A DNA stretch of 64,000 nucleotides, taken from NCBI GenBank assembly GCA_963812605.1, contig CAWEWF010000013.1, forward strand, positions 30,735 to 94,734, in the 5' to 3' direction. Within the stretch, counting starts at the first letter, position 1, and the number at the start of each line of letters is the position of its first letter. Source of the DNA: an uncultured Verrucomicrobiae bacterium (GTDB taxonomy: Bacteria > Verrucomicrobiota > Verrucomicrobiia > Palsa-1439). Below, piece after piece: positions 9,254 through 20,322 of the stretch. A program made the translations under genes and the position numbers. The notes under the pieces were generated by a model. It ran no database searches. It was given only the letters and a program-made list of their open reading frames with translations, and was not told where the DNA came from.

Positions 9254-10738
9254 TTGAACATCGACGGCAAACGATCTGGCGTCTTGCTCATCCTCGTGCT
9301 GGCGGCTGCATTGGGGCTTCGCTTGTTTCATCTTGGGGAACGCGTGGTGTGGTTCGACGAGGCGAACTCGTTGCTGGTTGCCAGGGCATCGCCAGCGGAG
9401 ATCATCGATGCGGCGCGCGACGATGTGCACAGCGCGCTGTATTATCTGATTTTGCACGTCTGGCAATCTGCTTTCACGGGCGAAATCGGAGCCCGAATGT
9501 TGTCTGTACTGGCGGCCGTGGCGACTGTGACAGCGGTGTACTTCATGGGTAGGCGGCTGGCCGGGCGAAATGCGGGGCTGCTGAGCGCGGGACTCTTGAG
9601 CCTGTCGCCCTTGCATATTTGGTATTCGCAGGAGATCCGGATGTACAGCCTGCAGACCCTGTTGATTTGTCTCTCGTTTCTCTTCCTCCTCAAGGCGCTG
9701 CGGGAGGGAGGTGGGATTTCATGGGTAATCTACGTTCTCTGTACTGCCCTGACCCTCTACGTGCAATACACGTCGATCTTTGCGGTTCTGGCGCAAAACG
9801 TGTTTGCCACCATCTACTATCGAAAAGATCGAAGAAAATTCCGGTGCTGGTTGCTGTCGCAATGCGCGGTGGCGCTTCTTTTTACGCCTTGCCTTCCGCT
9901 GTTATTTTGGCAAACGACCCGGGTTGCGGGGCGTTCATGGATTCAACCGCTGGAATTGCGCCAGATTTTTGGTTTTGTTTCACTTTTCAGCGGAGCCTAT
10001 CTGGGAGATGCACGATCACGGGTATTGTCTGTTCTCGTGACGACGGCCGTGTTGGCGACAGCCATAGCCATTCTTTGCCGTAAGCGTGAGAATCGCGAAA
10101 CAGTTTGTCTTCTGACACTCTGGTTCGGTTTGCCAATCACCCTGTTGTTGGTGCTGTCGCTGCGACAGAATCTTTTTCTGCCGCGCACGTTGGTTTACAC
10201 GACGCCAGCTCTCGCTCTGTTAATGGGGTGCGCTTTGGCGCGGGCCGAAAACGTGATTGAACGCCCGGTGGTTGCGCTGCTGGCCGTGGCGCTGGTCTCG
10301 GCAAATATTTTCGCGTTGGGCAACTACTATTTCTCGGATAATCCCTGGGTAAAATCCGATCTTCGCAAAGGTGCGCTCGAAATTGCGGTGCGCTTGCGTC
10401 CGGGTGACGTTATCATCCATTCCTCGCAATTTAGCTATCGGCCGTTCCAATACTACTTGGGTGACCGGATTGCGCAGGGCGTGGCCCGGAAGCTTGAAGA
10501 CTTGCCGCATTTCTATCGCGTGATTGGCGACGGGCAACCGCCAGGGGATGGCACGAATTACAAACGTATTTGGCTCGTTCTTTATACGGATTTCAGAAAC
10601 CCGGACGCGTGGGAAAAGGTCATCGAGTGGATGGACAACCATCACCACCACGCTGTGCAGTTCATCCACAGCTCTCCGGGGTTGCTTATCGGCCTGTATG
10701 AACGGACGGGAGCCGAATTGATGCCCCGATTTGAGTGA
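9254..10738 (+). CDS. GT-C (family 39/PMT-like) integral membrane glycosyltransferase
   Basis: LRL..LG....[19 protein letters not shown], many TM segments. Confidence 0.85.
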   Translation: MNIDGKRSGVLLILVLAAALGLRLFHLGERVVWFDEANSLLVARASPAEIIDAARDDVHSALYYLILHVWQSAFTGEIGARMLSVLAAVATVTAVYFMGRRLAGRNAGLLSAGLLSLSPLHIWYSQEIRMYSLQTLLICLSFLFLLKALREGGGISWVIYVLCTALTLYVQYTSIFAVLAQNVFATIYYRKDRRKFRCWLLSQCAVALLFTPCLPLLFWQTTRVAGRSWIQPLELRQIFGFVSLFSGAYLGDARSRVLSVLVTTAVLATAIAILCRKRENRETVCLLTLWFGLPITLLLVLSLRQNLFLPRTLVYTTPALALLMGCALARAENVIERPVVALLAVALVSANIFALGNYYFSDNPWVKSDLRKGALEIAVRLRPGDVIIHSSQFSYRPFQYYLGDRIAQGVARKLEDLPHFYRVIGDGQPPGDGTNYKRIWLVLYTDFRNPDAWEKVIEWMDNHHHHAVQFIHSSPGLLIGLYERTGAELMPRFE

Positions 10739-10827
10739 GGCCTTCGCCGTGTCGCAATTCTCGCGCAGAAGTCTTGATTGCGACCAACGACCCACTTAGA
10801 GTGAGAGCAGCGGAGCGGAGAGTTTTG

Positions 10828-13800
10828 ATGAAGCACTCTGATTTTGTCCATCTTCACCTGCACACCGAGTACAGCCTGCTCGACGGGGCCTGCCGTATTT
10901 CTGATGTCGTCGACAAGGCGCACGCGTGCAAGATGCCGGCAGTGGCCGTAACCGATCACGGCAACATGTACGGCGCCATCGAATTCTACAAGACCGCGCA
11001 AGAGAAGGGGTTGAAGCCAATCATCGGATGTGAGACATACATCGCGCCGGGCAGTCGCCTTGAAAAGAAATCCACGAACGCCCGCGATGCCGCATATCAT
11101 CTGGTTCTGCTGGCGAAGGACGAAGTCGGCTACAAAAACCTCGTCCAACTCGTGTCCATGGCGCACCTCGACGGCTTCTACTACAAGCCGCGCATCGACA
11201 AGGATATTCTGGCCAAACATTCGAAGGGACTGATCGGGCTCACCTCGTGCCTCAAGGGGGAAGTGCCTTACCAGATCAAGGAAGGCCAGCTTGATCAAGC
11301 CAAAGCCTCGCTCGACGAGTACCGCCAAATCTTTGAGCCCGGCGATTTTTATGTAGAGTTGCAGAACCACGGCATCGAGGAGCAACGCACGGTCAACCGC
11401 ACGCTCATTCCCTGGGCGAAGGAATTCAATCTCCCGCTGGTCGCGACCAACGATGTGCATTACGTCGAGCGCCAGCATTGGGAGGCGCACGATTGCATGA
11501 TCTGCCTGCAGACCCAATCACTGCTCGCCGACGAGAAACGCATGCGGTACGTGTCCGAGCAGTTTTATTTGCGGACACCCGAGGAGATGCACGAATTGTT
11601 TGCGGAGGTTCCCGACGCGCTGAAAAACACGCTGGCCGTCGCCGAGAAGTGCAATCTCTTGTTGGAATTTGGCAAGCTGCGGTTTCCGGTTTATCAGCCG
11701 CCCGACAGCTTTACCCGCGAGCATTACCTGCGGCACTTGTGCGTGCAAGGGCTGCACGACCGTTACGGCATTGAGTGGAAAAAGCCGAAGGACGAACAAG
11801 AGAAGTCGATTGTCGAACGCGTGGAGTTCGAATTGAAGATCATGGAAAAGACGGGCTTCGTCAGCTACTTCCTGATCGTCTGGGACTTCGTCCACTTCGC
11901 CAGGACCAATGGGATTCCCGTCGGTCCGGGCCGCGGCAGCGCGGCCGGCAGCGTCGTGGCGTACCTGCTGAAGATCACGGACATCGATCCGCTCCGCTAC
12001 AATTTGCTTTTCGAGCGCTTCCTGAATCCCGAGCGCATCTCGCCGCCCGATATCGACATGGATTTTTGCTACAACCGCCGTCCGGAAGTCATCGATTACG
12101 TGCGCAAGAAATACGGCGATGATCGTGTCGCGCAAATCAGTCACCTTCGGCACGCTCGGCGCGAAGATGGTGGTGCGCGACGTGGGCCGCGTGATGGGCC
12201 TGAGCTACGGCGAGTGCGACCGCATTGCGAAGATGATCCCGCCCGACATCGGGATGACACTGAAAAAGGCCATGGATATCAATCCCGAGCTGAAGACGGC
12301 CTACCAAAACGAGCCGAACGTCAAGCGGATGATTGATTACGGGTACACGCTCGAAGGGATTTCCCGCAACATTTCGACCCACGCGGCCGGCGTGGTGATC
12401 GGCGCCGAGCCGCTCACGAACATTGTGCCGCTCACCACCGGCACGAACTCGAACGAAATCGTCACCCAATACTCGATGAACCCGTTGGGCGACCTCGGCC
12501 TCTTGAAGATGGACTTCCTCGGGTTGAAGACGTTGACAGTCATCAAGGACGCGAACGATATCATCGAACAGACCACCGGGCAGCGCCTCGACATCGACAA
12601 GATCCCGCTGGAGGACAAGAAAACATTCGACCTGCTGGCCAAGGCCAACACGATCGGCGTGTTCCAGTTGGAATCGCAGGGGATGCGCGATTTGTGCCGC
12701 CGCATCGGCGTGGACTCCATCGACGTCATCATCGCGCTCATCGCTTTGTTCCGGCCCGGGCCGATGAACATGCTCGACGACTACGTCAACCGCAAGCATG
12801 GCAAGGTCAAGGTTGCGTACGACCACCCGTTGCTGGATTCGATTCTCAAGGAGACATTCGGCGTGTTTGTGTACCAGGAGCAGGTGATGCAGGCGGCCAA
12901 CGTGCTCGCGGGCTATTCGCTTGGCGGCGCCGACGTGCTGCGCCGCGCGATGGGCAAGAAGAATGCCGAGGAAATGGAGAAGCAACGCGAGACCTTCATC
13001 AAGGGCTGCCACGAGAAGAACAAGATTCCCCGTCCCAAGGCCAACCAGATTTTTGATACGCTGGCGAAGTTTGCCGGGTACGGCTTCAACAAATCGCACA
13101 GCGCAGCGTACGCCATCGTCGCCTACCAGACGGCGTGGCTGAAGGCGAACTACCCGGTGGAGTTCATGGCCGCGGTCCTCTCCAACGAACTGGCCAATAC
13201 CGACAAGATCCAGCTTTTCATCAACGAGTGCAAATGCATGGGCATCGAGGTGCAGGCACCGGATGTCAATGAGAGCGGTGTCCGCTTCACGGTGCGCGAC
13301 GGCAGGATTCGTTTTGGCCTCGCGGCGATCAAGAACGTCGGGGAAGTTGCCGTGAAAAACGTCATCCAGGTGCGCGATGAGAGCGGCCGGTTTGCGTCTT
13401 TCGAGGATTTTTGCACGCGAGTCGATCTCCGGGTCGTCAACCGCAAGGTGCTGGAGTGCCTGGCGAAATGCGGGGCGTTCGATTCTTTGGGCGAGCCGCG
13501 GGCCCAGGCTTTTGCGGCCATTGAGTACCAGATGAGCCGCGCTGCCACAGTCCAGTTCGATCGCGAACGCGGCCAGGCGGCGCTGTTCGACGTGGAGCCG
13601 GTGAACGCGCGGCAAAAAGCCACGGGCCAGCGCGCGTCGGTCGAATGGACGCAGGGCCAAATGCTGGCGTTCGAGAAGGAATTGCTCGGTTTCTACGTGA
13701 CGGGCCACCCGTTGAGTGAGTACGCCGAGATCTTGGGCCGCTACGAGCTGGCTTCCTCTGGAAAACTGGCGCAGCTTCAGGATGGGCAGGTGACGCGCAT

Positions 13801-14371
13801 CGGGGGGATCATCGGCAAACTGGTGCCGAAGACGACAAAGCAGGGCAAGCCGATGGCGATCATGACGCTCGAAGATCTTGACGGCGCGGTGGAGGTCCTG
13901 GTTTTTCCCGAGTCGTACGCCCGGTACGCGATGAGCTTGAAAACCGATGCCGCGATTTTCCTTTGTGGCACGGTCAACTTGCGCGAGGACAAGCCGAAGA
14001 TCGTGGCGGACCAGATCATTCCGCTGGGCGATGTGCCGAAGAAATTCACGAAGGCCGTGCACATCCGTATCTCGGCGGGCACCACGGAGGATTCGACGCT
14101 CACACGCGTCCAGGAGGTTCTCCGGACGCACAAAGGCGAGGTTCCGGTAATGTTTTGCTTTATGTATCCCGACGGCAAACTGGTCTTCCTCGAGGCGCAT
14201 GAACATTTCTCCGTGGCGCCCACGCAGCAATTCGTGCGCGATGTGGAAGGAATTCTCGGCGAGGAGAGCGTTTGGCTGAAAGTGGACACCGAAAAACTGG
14301 CCGCGACCAACGAAGTCCGTCGCGGACGACCATGGGAGCAAAGGGGTGTGCCGGCAGCAGTGGCTTCTTGA
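10828..14371 (+). CDS. dnaE: DNA polymerase III alpha subunit; single +1 frameshift near 12139
   Basis: [44 protein letters not shown]; VAQI/VTFG split by one extra A. Confidence 0.97.
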
Positions 14372-14446
14372 ATCAGCTTCTCTCAAAAACCTTTCCCGGC
14401 CCCGAAACTTCTGGGACCAAACTTCGCCTGATAGCGCTGGGAGTTT

Positions 14447-14998
14447 TCACTTCGGAATAACAAGCTTCTGGCCGACTTTCAACGAATCGCTGGTCAGGTT
14501 GTTGGCCTTTCTCAAATCAGCGATGGTGACCCCGCAGCTTTTCGCAATCAACGTCAACGTTTCGCCCGATTGCACAACATGCTCGTTACCTGTCTCTGCG
14601 GTCGCGGTCGCGGTTGCCGTCGTCGTCTTGCCGGCGTGCGCCCCGCCACTCATTGCCGCAAGTTCCTTGGCGAGCTGATCAATGATGACCTTCTTGTCGG
14701 TCTCGCGGGCGGCATCCAGCGCCTTGACCCTCGCCTCAAGCGCCTGCAAATCATTCGCCGACGCACTGGGACCCGCGTGACGGACCTCATCCATTTGACC
14801 CTGGATCTGTTTGATGTCCTGTTGGATTTGTTGCTGGCTGAATTGCAGGGCATCGACATCCGCGCGCAGCTTGCTGAGGCGTTCGTCGAGGATGGACACC
14901 TGCTGGGCGATGGTTTGCTCCTGGGCCTGTGCTGGCAGGCCCGTTACTGCGAACGCGACCAAAATGATGGCAAATCTGAGAAGCTCCTTGTGTTTCAT
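14447..14998 (-). CDS. Secreted coiled-coil + LysM peptidoglycan-binding protein
   Basis: Signal peptide, coiled coil, HVVQSGETL..IA...GVT...L..AN...LKVGQKLVIP. Confidence 0.9.
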   Translation of the reverse strand: MKHKELLRFAIILVAFAVTGLPAQAQEQTIAQQVSILDERLSKLRADVDALQFSQQQIQQDIKQIQGQMDEVRHAGPSASANDLQALEARVKALDAARETDKKVIIDQLAKELAAMSGGAHAGKTTTATATATAETGNEHVVQSGETLTLIAKSCGVTIADLRKANNLTSDSLKVGQKLVIPK

Positions 14999-15123
14999 GG
15001 TAACAGTCTAGGAACGCTGCGGAATCCTTGCAAGTCCCGAATCCATTGTTGCGCAATCAGTTTCATTCCCAAACCGCCCCCCGCTGGCCTGAATCGTGCT
15101 TTTCATTGTCCGAGGCAGCATCT

Positions 15124-16512
15124 ATGGGCATAGCTGACGTTCAGCATACTGAGGAACTGACGGTCGGATTGGAGTCGGATAGCGCGGCTGCGCCCGCAAC
15201 CCCGGCCGATTCGATTGCCCCGCTTTTTACCAATCCCGCCGACTGGTTTGTTCCCGCGTTCCCGGAAAAACTGGAGGACCTCGATGTCAACCCCGGCTTC
15301 CTCGCTGACCTGGCGCTGAAGGTCGTCCCGCTCGACACGGATTGCAACACCTTCAGCATCTCGAAACGGCTGCGGCTGGGCATGATGATCACCGAGGCGC
15401 TGCTCCAACGACTGTGCCACGAGAAATTCATCGAGGCCAAAGGCGTCGTCGGCTTGCACAATCATCGCTACGCGATGCTCGATCACGGGTGGGAGGCGTT
15501 GCGCCGCCTGACCAGTTTTTGCAGCTACGCCGGGCCTGCCCCGGTCTCGCTGAAGGCCTACACGGAAATGATTACGCAGCAGGTCCGCAACCGGCCGCCC
15601 TCCTCGCGCCAGGCGCTCGATCAGGCCATGTCGAATCTCATCCTCTCGGACTACGCCAAGGAAATCCTCGGGCTGGTCGTCGGTTCGGGCCGCAGTTTGT
15701 TTTTGACCGGGCCCTCGGGTAACGGCAAGACCGCCATGGCGCGGTCGCTGGTCGACGCGATTCCAGGTGAAGTTTGGATTCCCTACGCCATTGAAGTCGA
15801 TGGTCAGGTCATCCGCATTTTCGACAGCCACAACCACGTGCCCGTCCAGCACTCCAACGACGATTACGACCGCCGCTGGATACGCGTCAGTCCGCCCTTG
15901 GTGGTCGTCGGCGGCGAGCTGACGCTGCAAAGCCTGGACCTCGCCTTCACCGAGACGCAGCGCTTCTACGAAGCTCCCCTGCACATCAAATCCAATGGCG
16001 GCGTGCTCGTGGTGGATGATCTCGGCCGCCAGCGCTGTTCGGCCACCGAGCTGCTGAACCGCTGGATCGTCCCGCTGGAGTATCGGGTCGATTACCTCAC
16101 CTTGAGCACCGGGAAAAAAATCCAGATGCCCTTCGAGCAGATCGTGGTTTTCGCCACAAACCTCGTCGAATCCGATCTGGACGATGAAGCGTTCATGCGC
16201 CGCATGGGTTACCGCCTCCACGCCGAAGCCCCCAGCGCCGAGACTTTCACGGAAATCTTCCTGCGCTACGCCCGCTCGCGCGGTCTTGCCGCGGACGAGA
16301 ACGTGGTGCTGCAGTTGCTGCAGAAGTACCAGGTGGAAGGCCGGATCCCGAAATCCTGCGACCCGCGCGACCTGATCGACCGTGCCATCGACCGCTGCCG
16401 CCTCCACAAGCAGGCCCCCAAGTTGACGCCCGAGGGACTGGAAATCGTCTGGAACGGCTATTTCGGCCGCCCCGGCACCGACCCCAAACGCCCCACGCAA
16501 GCCCGCGCCTGA
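15124..16512 (+). CDS. AAA+ family ATPase of unknown function
   Basis: GPSGNGKT, LVVDDLGRQ, NRWIVPLE, FATNL, AFMRR. Confidence 0.85.
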   Translation: MGIADVQHTEELTVGLESDSAAAPATPADSIAPLFTNPADWFVPAFPEKLEDLDVNPGFLADLALKVVPLDTDCNTFSISKRLRLGMMITEALLQRLCHEKFIEAKGVVGLHNHRYAMLDHGWEALRRLTSFCSYAGPAPVSLKAYTEMITQQVRNRPPSSRQALDQAMSNLILSDYAKEILGLVVGSGRSLFLTGPSGNGKTAMARSLVDAIPGEVWIPYAIEVDGQVIRIFDSHNHVPVQHSNDDYDRRWIRVSPPLVVVGGELTLQSLDLAFTETQRFYEAPLHIKSNGGVLVVDDLGRQRCSATELLNRWIVPLEYRVDYLTLSTGKKIQMPFEQIVVFATNLVESDLDDEAFMRRMGYRLHAEAPSAETFTEIFLRYARSRGLAADENVVLQLLQKYQVEGRIPKSCDPRDLIDRAIDRCRLHKQAPKLTPEGLEIVWNGYFGRPGTDPKRPTQARA

Positions 16513-16518
16513 CCCATT

Positions 16519-16542
16519 AGTGGCGCGGGCGTCCCGCCCGCG
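16519..16542. repeat. REP-like GTGG palindrome (similar copies at 19158-19182 and 41441-41464)
   Basis: AGTGGCGCGGGCGTCCCGCCCGCG hairpin. Confidence 0.6.
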
Positions 16543-16694
16543 TCCTTCCATTTTCGGGTCATGTCGCTTATTTGACCCTTGCCATCGGCTGTGGTCCTTC
16601 GCCCCCGTTCCATCTACTTGGAGTGCTGCGACTCGTCGCAGCTTTGCTGTTCGTCGGTCGGCTGTCTCACACACCACGAAGTCGTTTTCACGCC

Positions 16695-16802
16695 AAACGA
16701 ACCCGATTGTAATCTTCACAATCTTGCCTTGCATCCACCTCCGCCACAATGATTTAACCCCTGTTTTCTCATAGAAACAAATCGGGTTCGTTTCGCAGAA
16801 AC
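16695..16802 (-). repeat. Dispersed IR element, copy A
   Basis: Perfect 14-bp IR AAACGAACCCGATT (16695) / AATCGGGTTCGTTT (16780), 71-nt loop, then CGCAGAAAC. Confidence 0.8.
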
Positions 16803-17137
16803 ACATGTTTTTCGCGCCTCCTCTCCTTGTCCGCCATAGCCCTGGCGGCGGCGGATTCGCGCAACAGCATCTTAACCACCGCGCCCAATAAGTCTTCATA
16901 AATTTCATCTGCATCCGCCCCGAGCCTAAATGATCTTCGACCCAAACCGTTATCGCACTTTGGAAGCTCTGGAAGGTTTGGAAGCTTTTCTATGAAAGGC
17001 CCGTAAACATCGGATTTTTTAGCGGACAAACTGCGCAGAAACCGGACCGCCGGGCGCCACTCACACGTACTCCGAAACCTCATGGGGCTCTGGTCGGGAT
17101 GGTCAAGACGGTTGAGTTTCATGGCGGCGTGTTGGCG

Positions 17138-17209
17138 GTCTAACGATCCAAACCTTAATAATTAGCGCAGTTGAGAGTGGACGCGGTTAGCTCCACCGAA
17201 TCGTTATGA
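17138..17209 (-). mobile_element. Degenerate attC-like site
   Basis: Minus strand: TCATAAC overlaps the gene stop, then GATTC-GGTGGAGC ... GGATC-GTTAGAC; next ATG 15 nt later. Confidence 0.4.
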
Positions 17210-17521
17210 TTCTTTCCGTATGAGAATAATCGCGGCAATTCCAAGAGCAATTACAAGGACGCCGCACAATAGCAGGGCTTCGTTTGCGCCTGAGGCATCG
17301 CGCGCTACGACTGACGCTAGCGAGGCAAACTCCAATGGAGTCATGCCGAGAATCTGCTGTGCGCCAGCAGATGTACCACTCTCGCGAAGCAACCTCTCGT
17401 AGGCGTAAACGTGGGCTTGCCGGAGCGCGGCGCCGTGACTACTGAGAAACGAAACGAAGACAATGCCGCAGCCAAGCACAACCTGAGCGATAAAGATAAG
17501 CTTTATGCCCCTCGTATGCAT
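17204..17521 (-). CDS. Small two-TM hypothetical protein (cassette-like)
   Basis: 105 aa, two hydrophobic helices, visibly lower GC. Confidence 0.6.
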   Translation of the reverse strand: MHTRGIKLIFIAQVVLGCGIVFVSFLSSHGAALRQAHVYAYERLLRESGTSAGAQQILGMTPLEFASLASVVARDASGANEALLLCGVLVIALGIAAIILIRKES

Positions 17522-17523
17522 TT

Positions 17524-17864
17524 ACAATTCCATTTCCAGTTTGTTGGGCGAATGGGGGAAATGGGGTCAGGTCTCAATATCAGACAATTCCATTTCCATT
17601 TTGTTTAGCGAATGCTGCGGTCTGGACATTCAACTGCATATTTCAGATTAAACGCCTGCTTGAACCCCGAGAACAGCACAAAAATATGCGCAATCCGCGC
17701 ACCACCACTTCCGACGAGAGGATGGAAATGGGGTCAGGTCTCAACATCAGACAATTCCGTTTCCAGTTTATTTGGCGAGTGCTGCCAAGTTTGAATGTTC
17801 AACAGCTTGTTTCCCACATTTCAGATTAAACGCCTGCTTGAACCCCGAGAACAGCACAAAAATA
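17524..17864. repeat. Imperfect tandem duplication carrying the GGGGTCAGGTCTCAAYATCA motif
   Basis: Motif at 17563 and 17730; identical 47-nt block at 17640-17686 and 17818-17864. Confidence 0.85.
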
Positions 17865-17889
17865 GGGCCCTACCGGCTCATCACCGGCA

Positions 17890-17918
17890 TTGACAAACGC
17901 CCTCCCGCCTGCTACAAT
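17890..17918 (+). promoter_or_regulatory. sigma70 promoter of the DAHP synthase leader
   Basis: TTGACA-N17-TACAAT with extended -10 TG. Confidence 0.8.
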
Positions 17919-17929
17919 CCTGCCCGTAA

Positions 17930-18016
17930 ATGAAGGCAATTTCTCAGCACGGCACCGCAGTTCAGGCATGGTATTGGTTTTACTTTAGCCAGCCCTGTCT
18001 GCGGGCCGCGTGTTGA
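17930..18016 (+). CDS. Attenuator leader peptide (28 aa) with a W-Y-W-F-Y-F run
   Basis: MKAISQHGTAVQAWYWFYFSQPCLRAAC*, between the promoter and the terminator upstream of DAHP synthase. Confidence 0.85.
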   Translation: MKAISQHGTAVQAWYWFYFSQPCLRAAC

Positions 18017-18036
18017 TGCCAGTAACGTTGACACCC

Positions 18037-18067
18037 AACCGTCCCGCGGAAGCGGGGCGGTTTTTTT
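18037..18067 (+). terminator. Attenuator intrinsic terminator
   Basis: AACCGTCCCGC-GGAA-GCGGGGCGGTT followed by a T run. Confidence 0.88.
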
Positions 18068-18108
18068 ATTGCCAAAACCGAACCGCGCGCGGGCAAAGGA
18101 ATGAAGAA

Positions 18109-19135
18109 ATGATCATCGTGTTACGACCGGGAACGAGCGAACAGGAAATTCAACAAGTGGCCGACGCCGTGAAGAAGTTCAATTACGAGCCGCGCCTGAT
18201 CCGCGGCGTCGAGCGCACCGTCGTCGCCTGCATCGGCGACGAACGCAGCCATCACACGCTGGAATCGCTCGTCGTCTTCCCGCAGGTGGAGAGCGTCACC
18301 CCGATCCAAAAGAAGTACAAACTCGTCAGCCGCGAATATCAGGCGCGTCGATTCCGTCCTCGACGTGGCCGGCCTCAAAATCGGCGGCGGCACCTTTCAC
18401 GTGGTAGCCGGGCCGTGTTCGGTCGAGTACGCCACCCAGACAATTGAAACCGCGAAAGCGGTGAAGTCGTACGGCGCAACGCTTTTCCGGGGCGGCGCTT
18501 TCAAGCCCCGCACTTCGCCGTACGACTTCCAGGGTTTGGGCCGCGACGGGCTGGAATTGCTGCAGCAAGCCCGCGCGGCCACGGGCCTGCCCATCGTCAC
18601 CGAAGTCCTGTCGCCGCAGGACGTCGAGTTGGTGGCCTCCTTCGCCGACATCCTGCAAATCGGCGCGCGCAACGCGCAAAACGTCCCGCTGCTCGCCGCC
18701 GCCGCCGCCTCGGGCAAGGTCATCCTCTTGAAACGCGGCGTCTCCGGCCTGGTCGATGAATGGCTCCTCGCCGCCGAATACATCTGCGTGCATGGCAACA
18801 GCCAGGTCATCCTCTGCGAGCGCGGCATCCGCACCTTCGAACACGCCTGCCGCAACACGCTCGACCTCAGCGCCGTCGCCGTGGCGAAGAAGGAAACGCA
18901 TCTGCCAGTCTTCGTCGACCCCAGCCACGCCGCCGGCCGGGCGGACATGGTCATCCCGCTGGCGCGCGCCGCCGTCGCCGTCGGCGCCGACGGCTTGCTG
19001 TTGGAAGTCCATCCCGACCCCGCCACCGCCCTCAGCGACGGCGGCCAGCAACTGAAGCCGAAACAATTCGGCCAGCTAATGGCGGAAATCCGCCCGCTCG
19101 TGGAAGTGATGGGAAAAAAATTCGGCTCCGACTAG
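18109..19135 (+). CDS. aroF: 3-deoxy-7-phosphoheptulonate (DAHP) synthase, type I-beta with N-terminal regulatory domain; frameshift near 18345
   Basis: MIIVL..., [54 protein letters not shown]. Confidence 0.92.
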
Positions 19136-19205
19136 TCGTGGTTTTCATAAAGCACGGGTGGCACAGGCGTCCCTGCCTGTGCGGATTCGGTATGGAAACC
19201 GTACC

Positions 19206-20317
19206 CTACGCCCGCGCCACGCGCCAGAGCAGCCACAAGCCGAGCAGTTCGAAAAACAGGTCCGGCGACCACATAATCGCGTCAGGATAAAGGTAGGGAC
19301 GGCTCTTGAGCGTGTTGGCGAGCACCGTCACAAAATAGAAACCGAGCGCCAGGAGAATGCTTAGAGCGATGCCGACCGACGTTTCGCGCCGACTGGTCTT
19401 GATCCCCAGCGGGATGCCGATCAAGGTGAAGGCCAGGCACGCGACCGCGCTCGCCACGCGTTGATGGGCTTCCACCAGCGCGGCGGCGGGATAAATCCCG
19501 CGTTGGCGCAAATCACGAATTTCACCGAGCAGTTCCTTAAAGACGAGATCGCCCAGTTGCCGGCTCGCCTTGGCCTGTCGCAACGCCCGGCTCAGGTCCA
19601 TCTCGATGGGATAGCGGGCCGCCGTGGTGTCGGGACGAATCTTGTGGACGTTGGTCGGGTCTTTCGCGTCGCGCAAATCCCCGCGGACATTATACAGGTC
19701 GAGCATCAGCTTGTGCTCTTCCGGTTTCGCGGTGACGAATCCTTTTTCGGCCCGCAGGCTGGAGAGGACATTATTGCTGTCGTCGAGCGTGTAGAGCATC
19801 ACGTCCTCGATCCGGTTGTCATTTTTCCGGGCCACATACATCACGTAGCCGGGAAAATCCTTGATGTACGTTCCTTCCTGGATCAGCGCCATCGGCCGTT
19901 CCGAGCCGAGCCGCACGAACATCGTCTTGAACTGGAATTTGCAATAGGGCGCGAGGTCCGCGTTGATGTACAGGCACAACACGCTCATCAGGGCCCCGAG
20001 CAAAATCACCGGCGCCACCACCTGCCCGAGGCTGAGCCCGAAGCGCGCATGGCGGTGATTTCGTGGTCGGCGCTCATCCGACCGTAGACCAGCAGCGCCG
20101 TCGCCAGCATCGCCATCGGCAGCGAAAAACCAAGGACGTTCGGCGTCACGAGCAGGATGAAGTACCCGATAACGTCCAGGCCCACCTTCTGGTTCACCAG
20201 CATATCACTGAGTTGCTTGAGGATTTTTGCCAGGAGCAACACGAACGTGAGTACGCTGATCGTGAAAAACAATGTAATGACCGCTTGCCGTGTGATGTAC
20301 TTTGAGAGAATCTTCAT
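19206..20317 (-). CDS. lptF: LPS export permease LptF/LptG; frameshift near 20040
   Basis: MKILSKYI, LPMAMLA..L..YGRMSADHEITAMRASG, AFTLIGIPLG. Confidence 0.8.
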
Positions 20318-20322
20318 GCGCT

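Noticed and set aside
12119-12336. Split dnaE as a split intein or programmed frameshift
   Set aside because: No intein motifs or slippery site; removing one A near 12139 restores VAQIVTFG, so it is most likely a sequencing indel
12137-16914. Long antisense ORFs (749 aa, 603 aa) and similar shadow ORFs elsewhere
   Set aside because: Opposite to well-supported genes in GC-rich DNA, with no recognisable motifs
16769-17122. 117-aa ORF as an intact gene
   Set aside because: The start looks cassette-like, but the rest runs through repeats and the IR element; probably only a stub
17524-17864. CRISPR array
   Set aside because: Only two long imperfect units plus a partial one, no regular unique spacers and no cas genes
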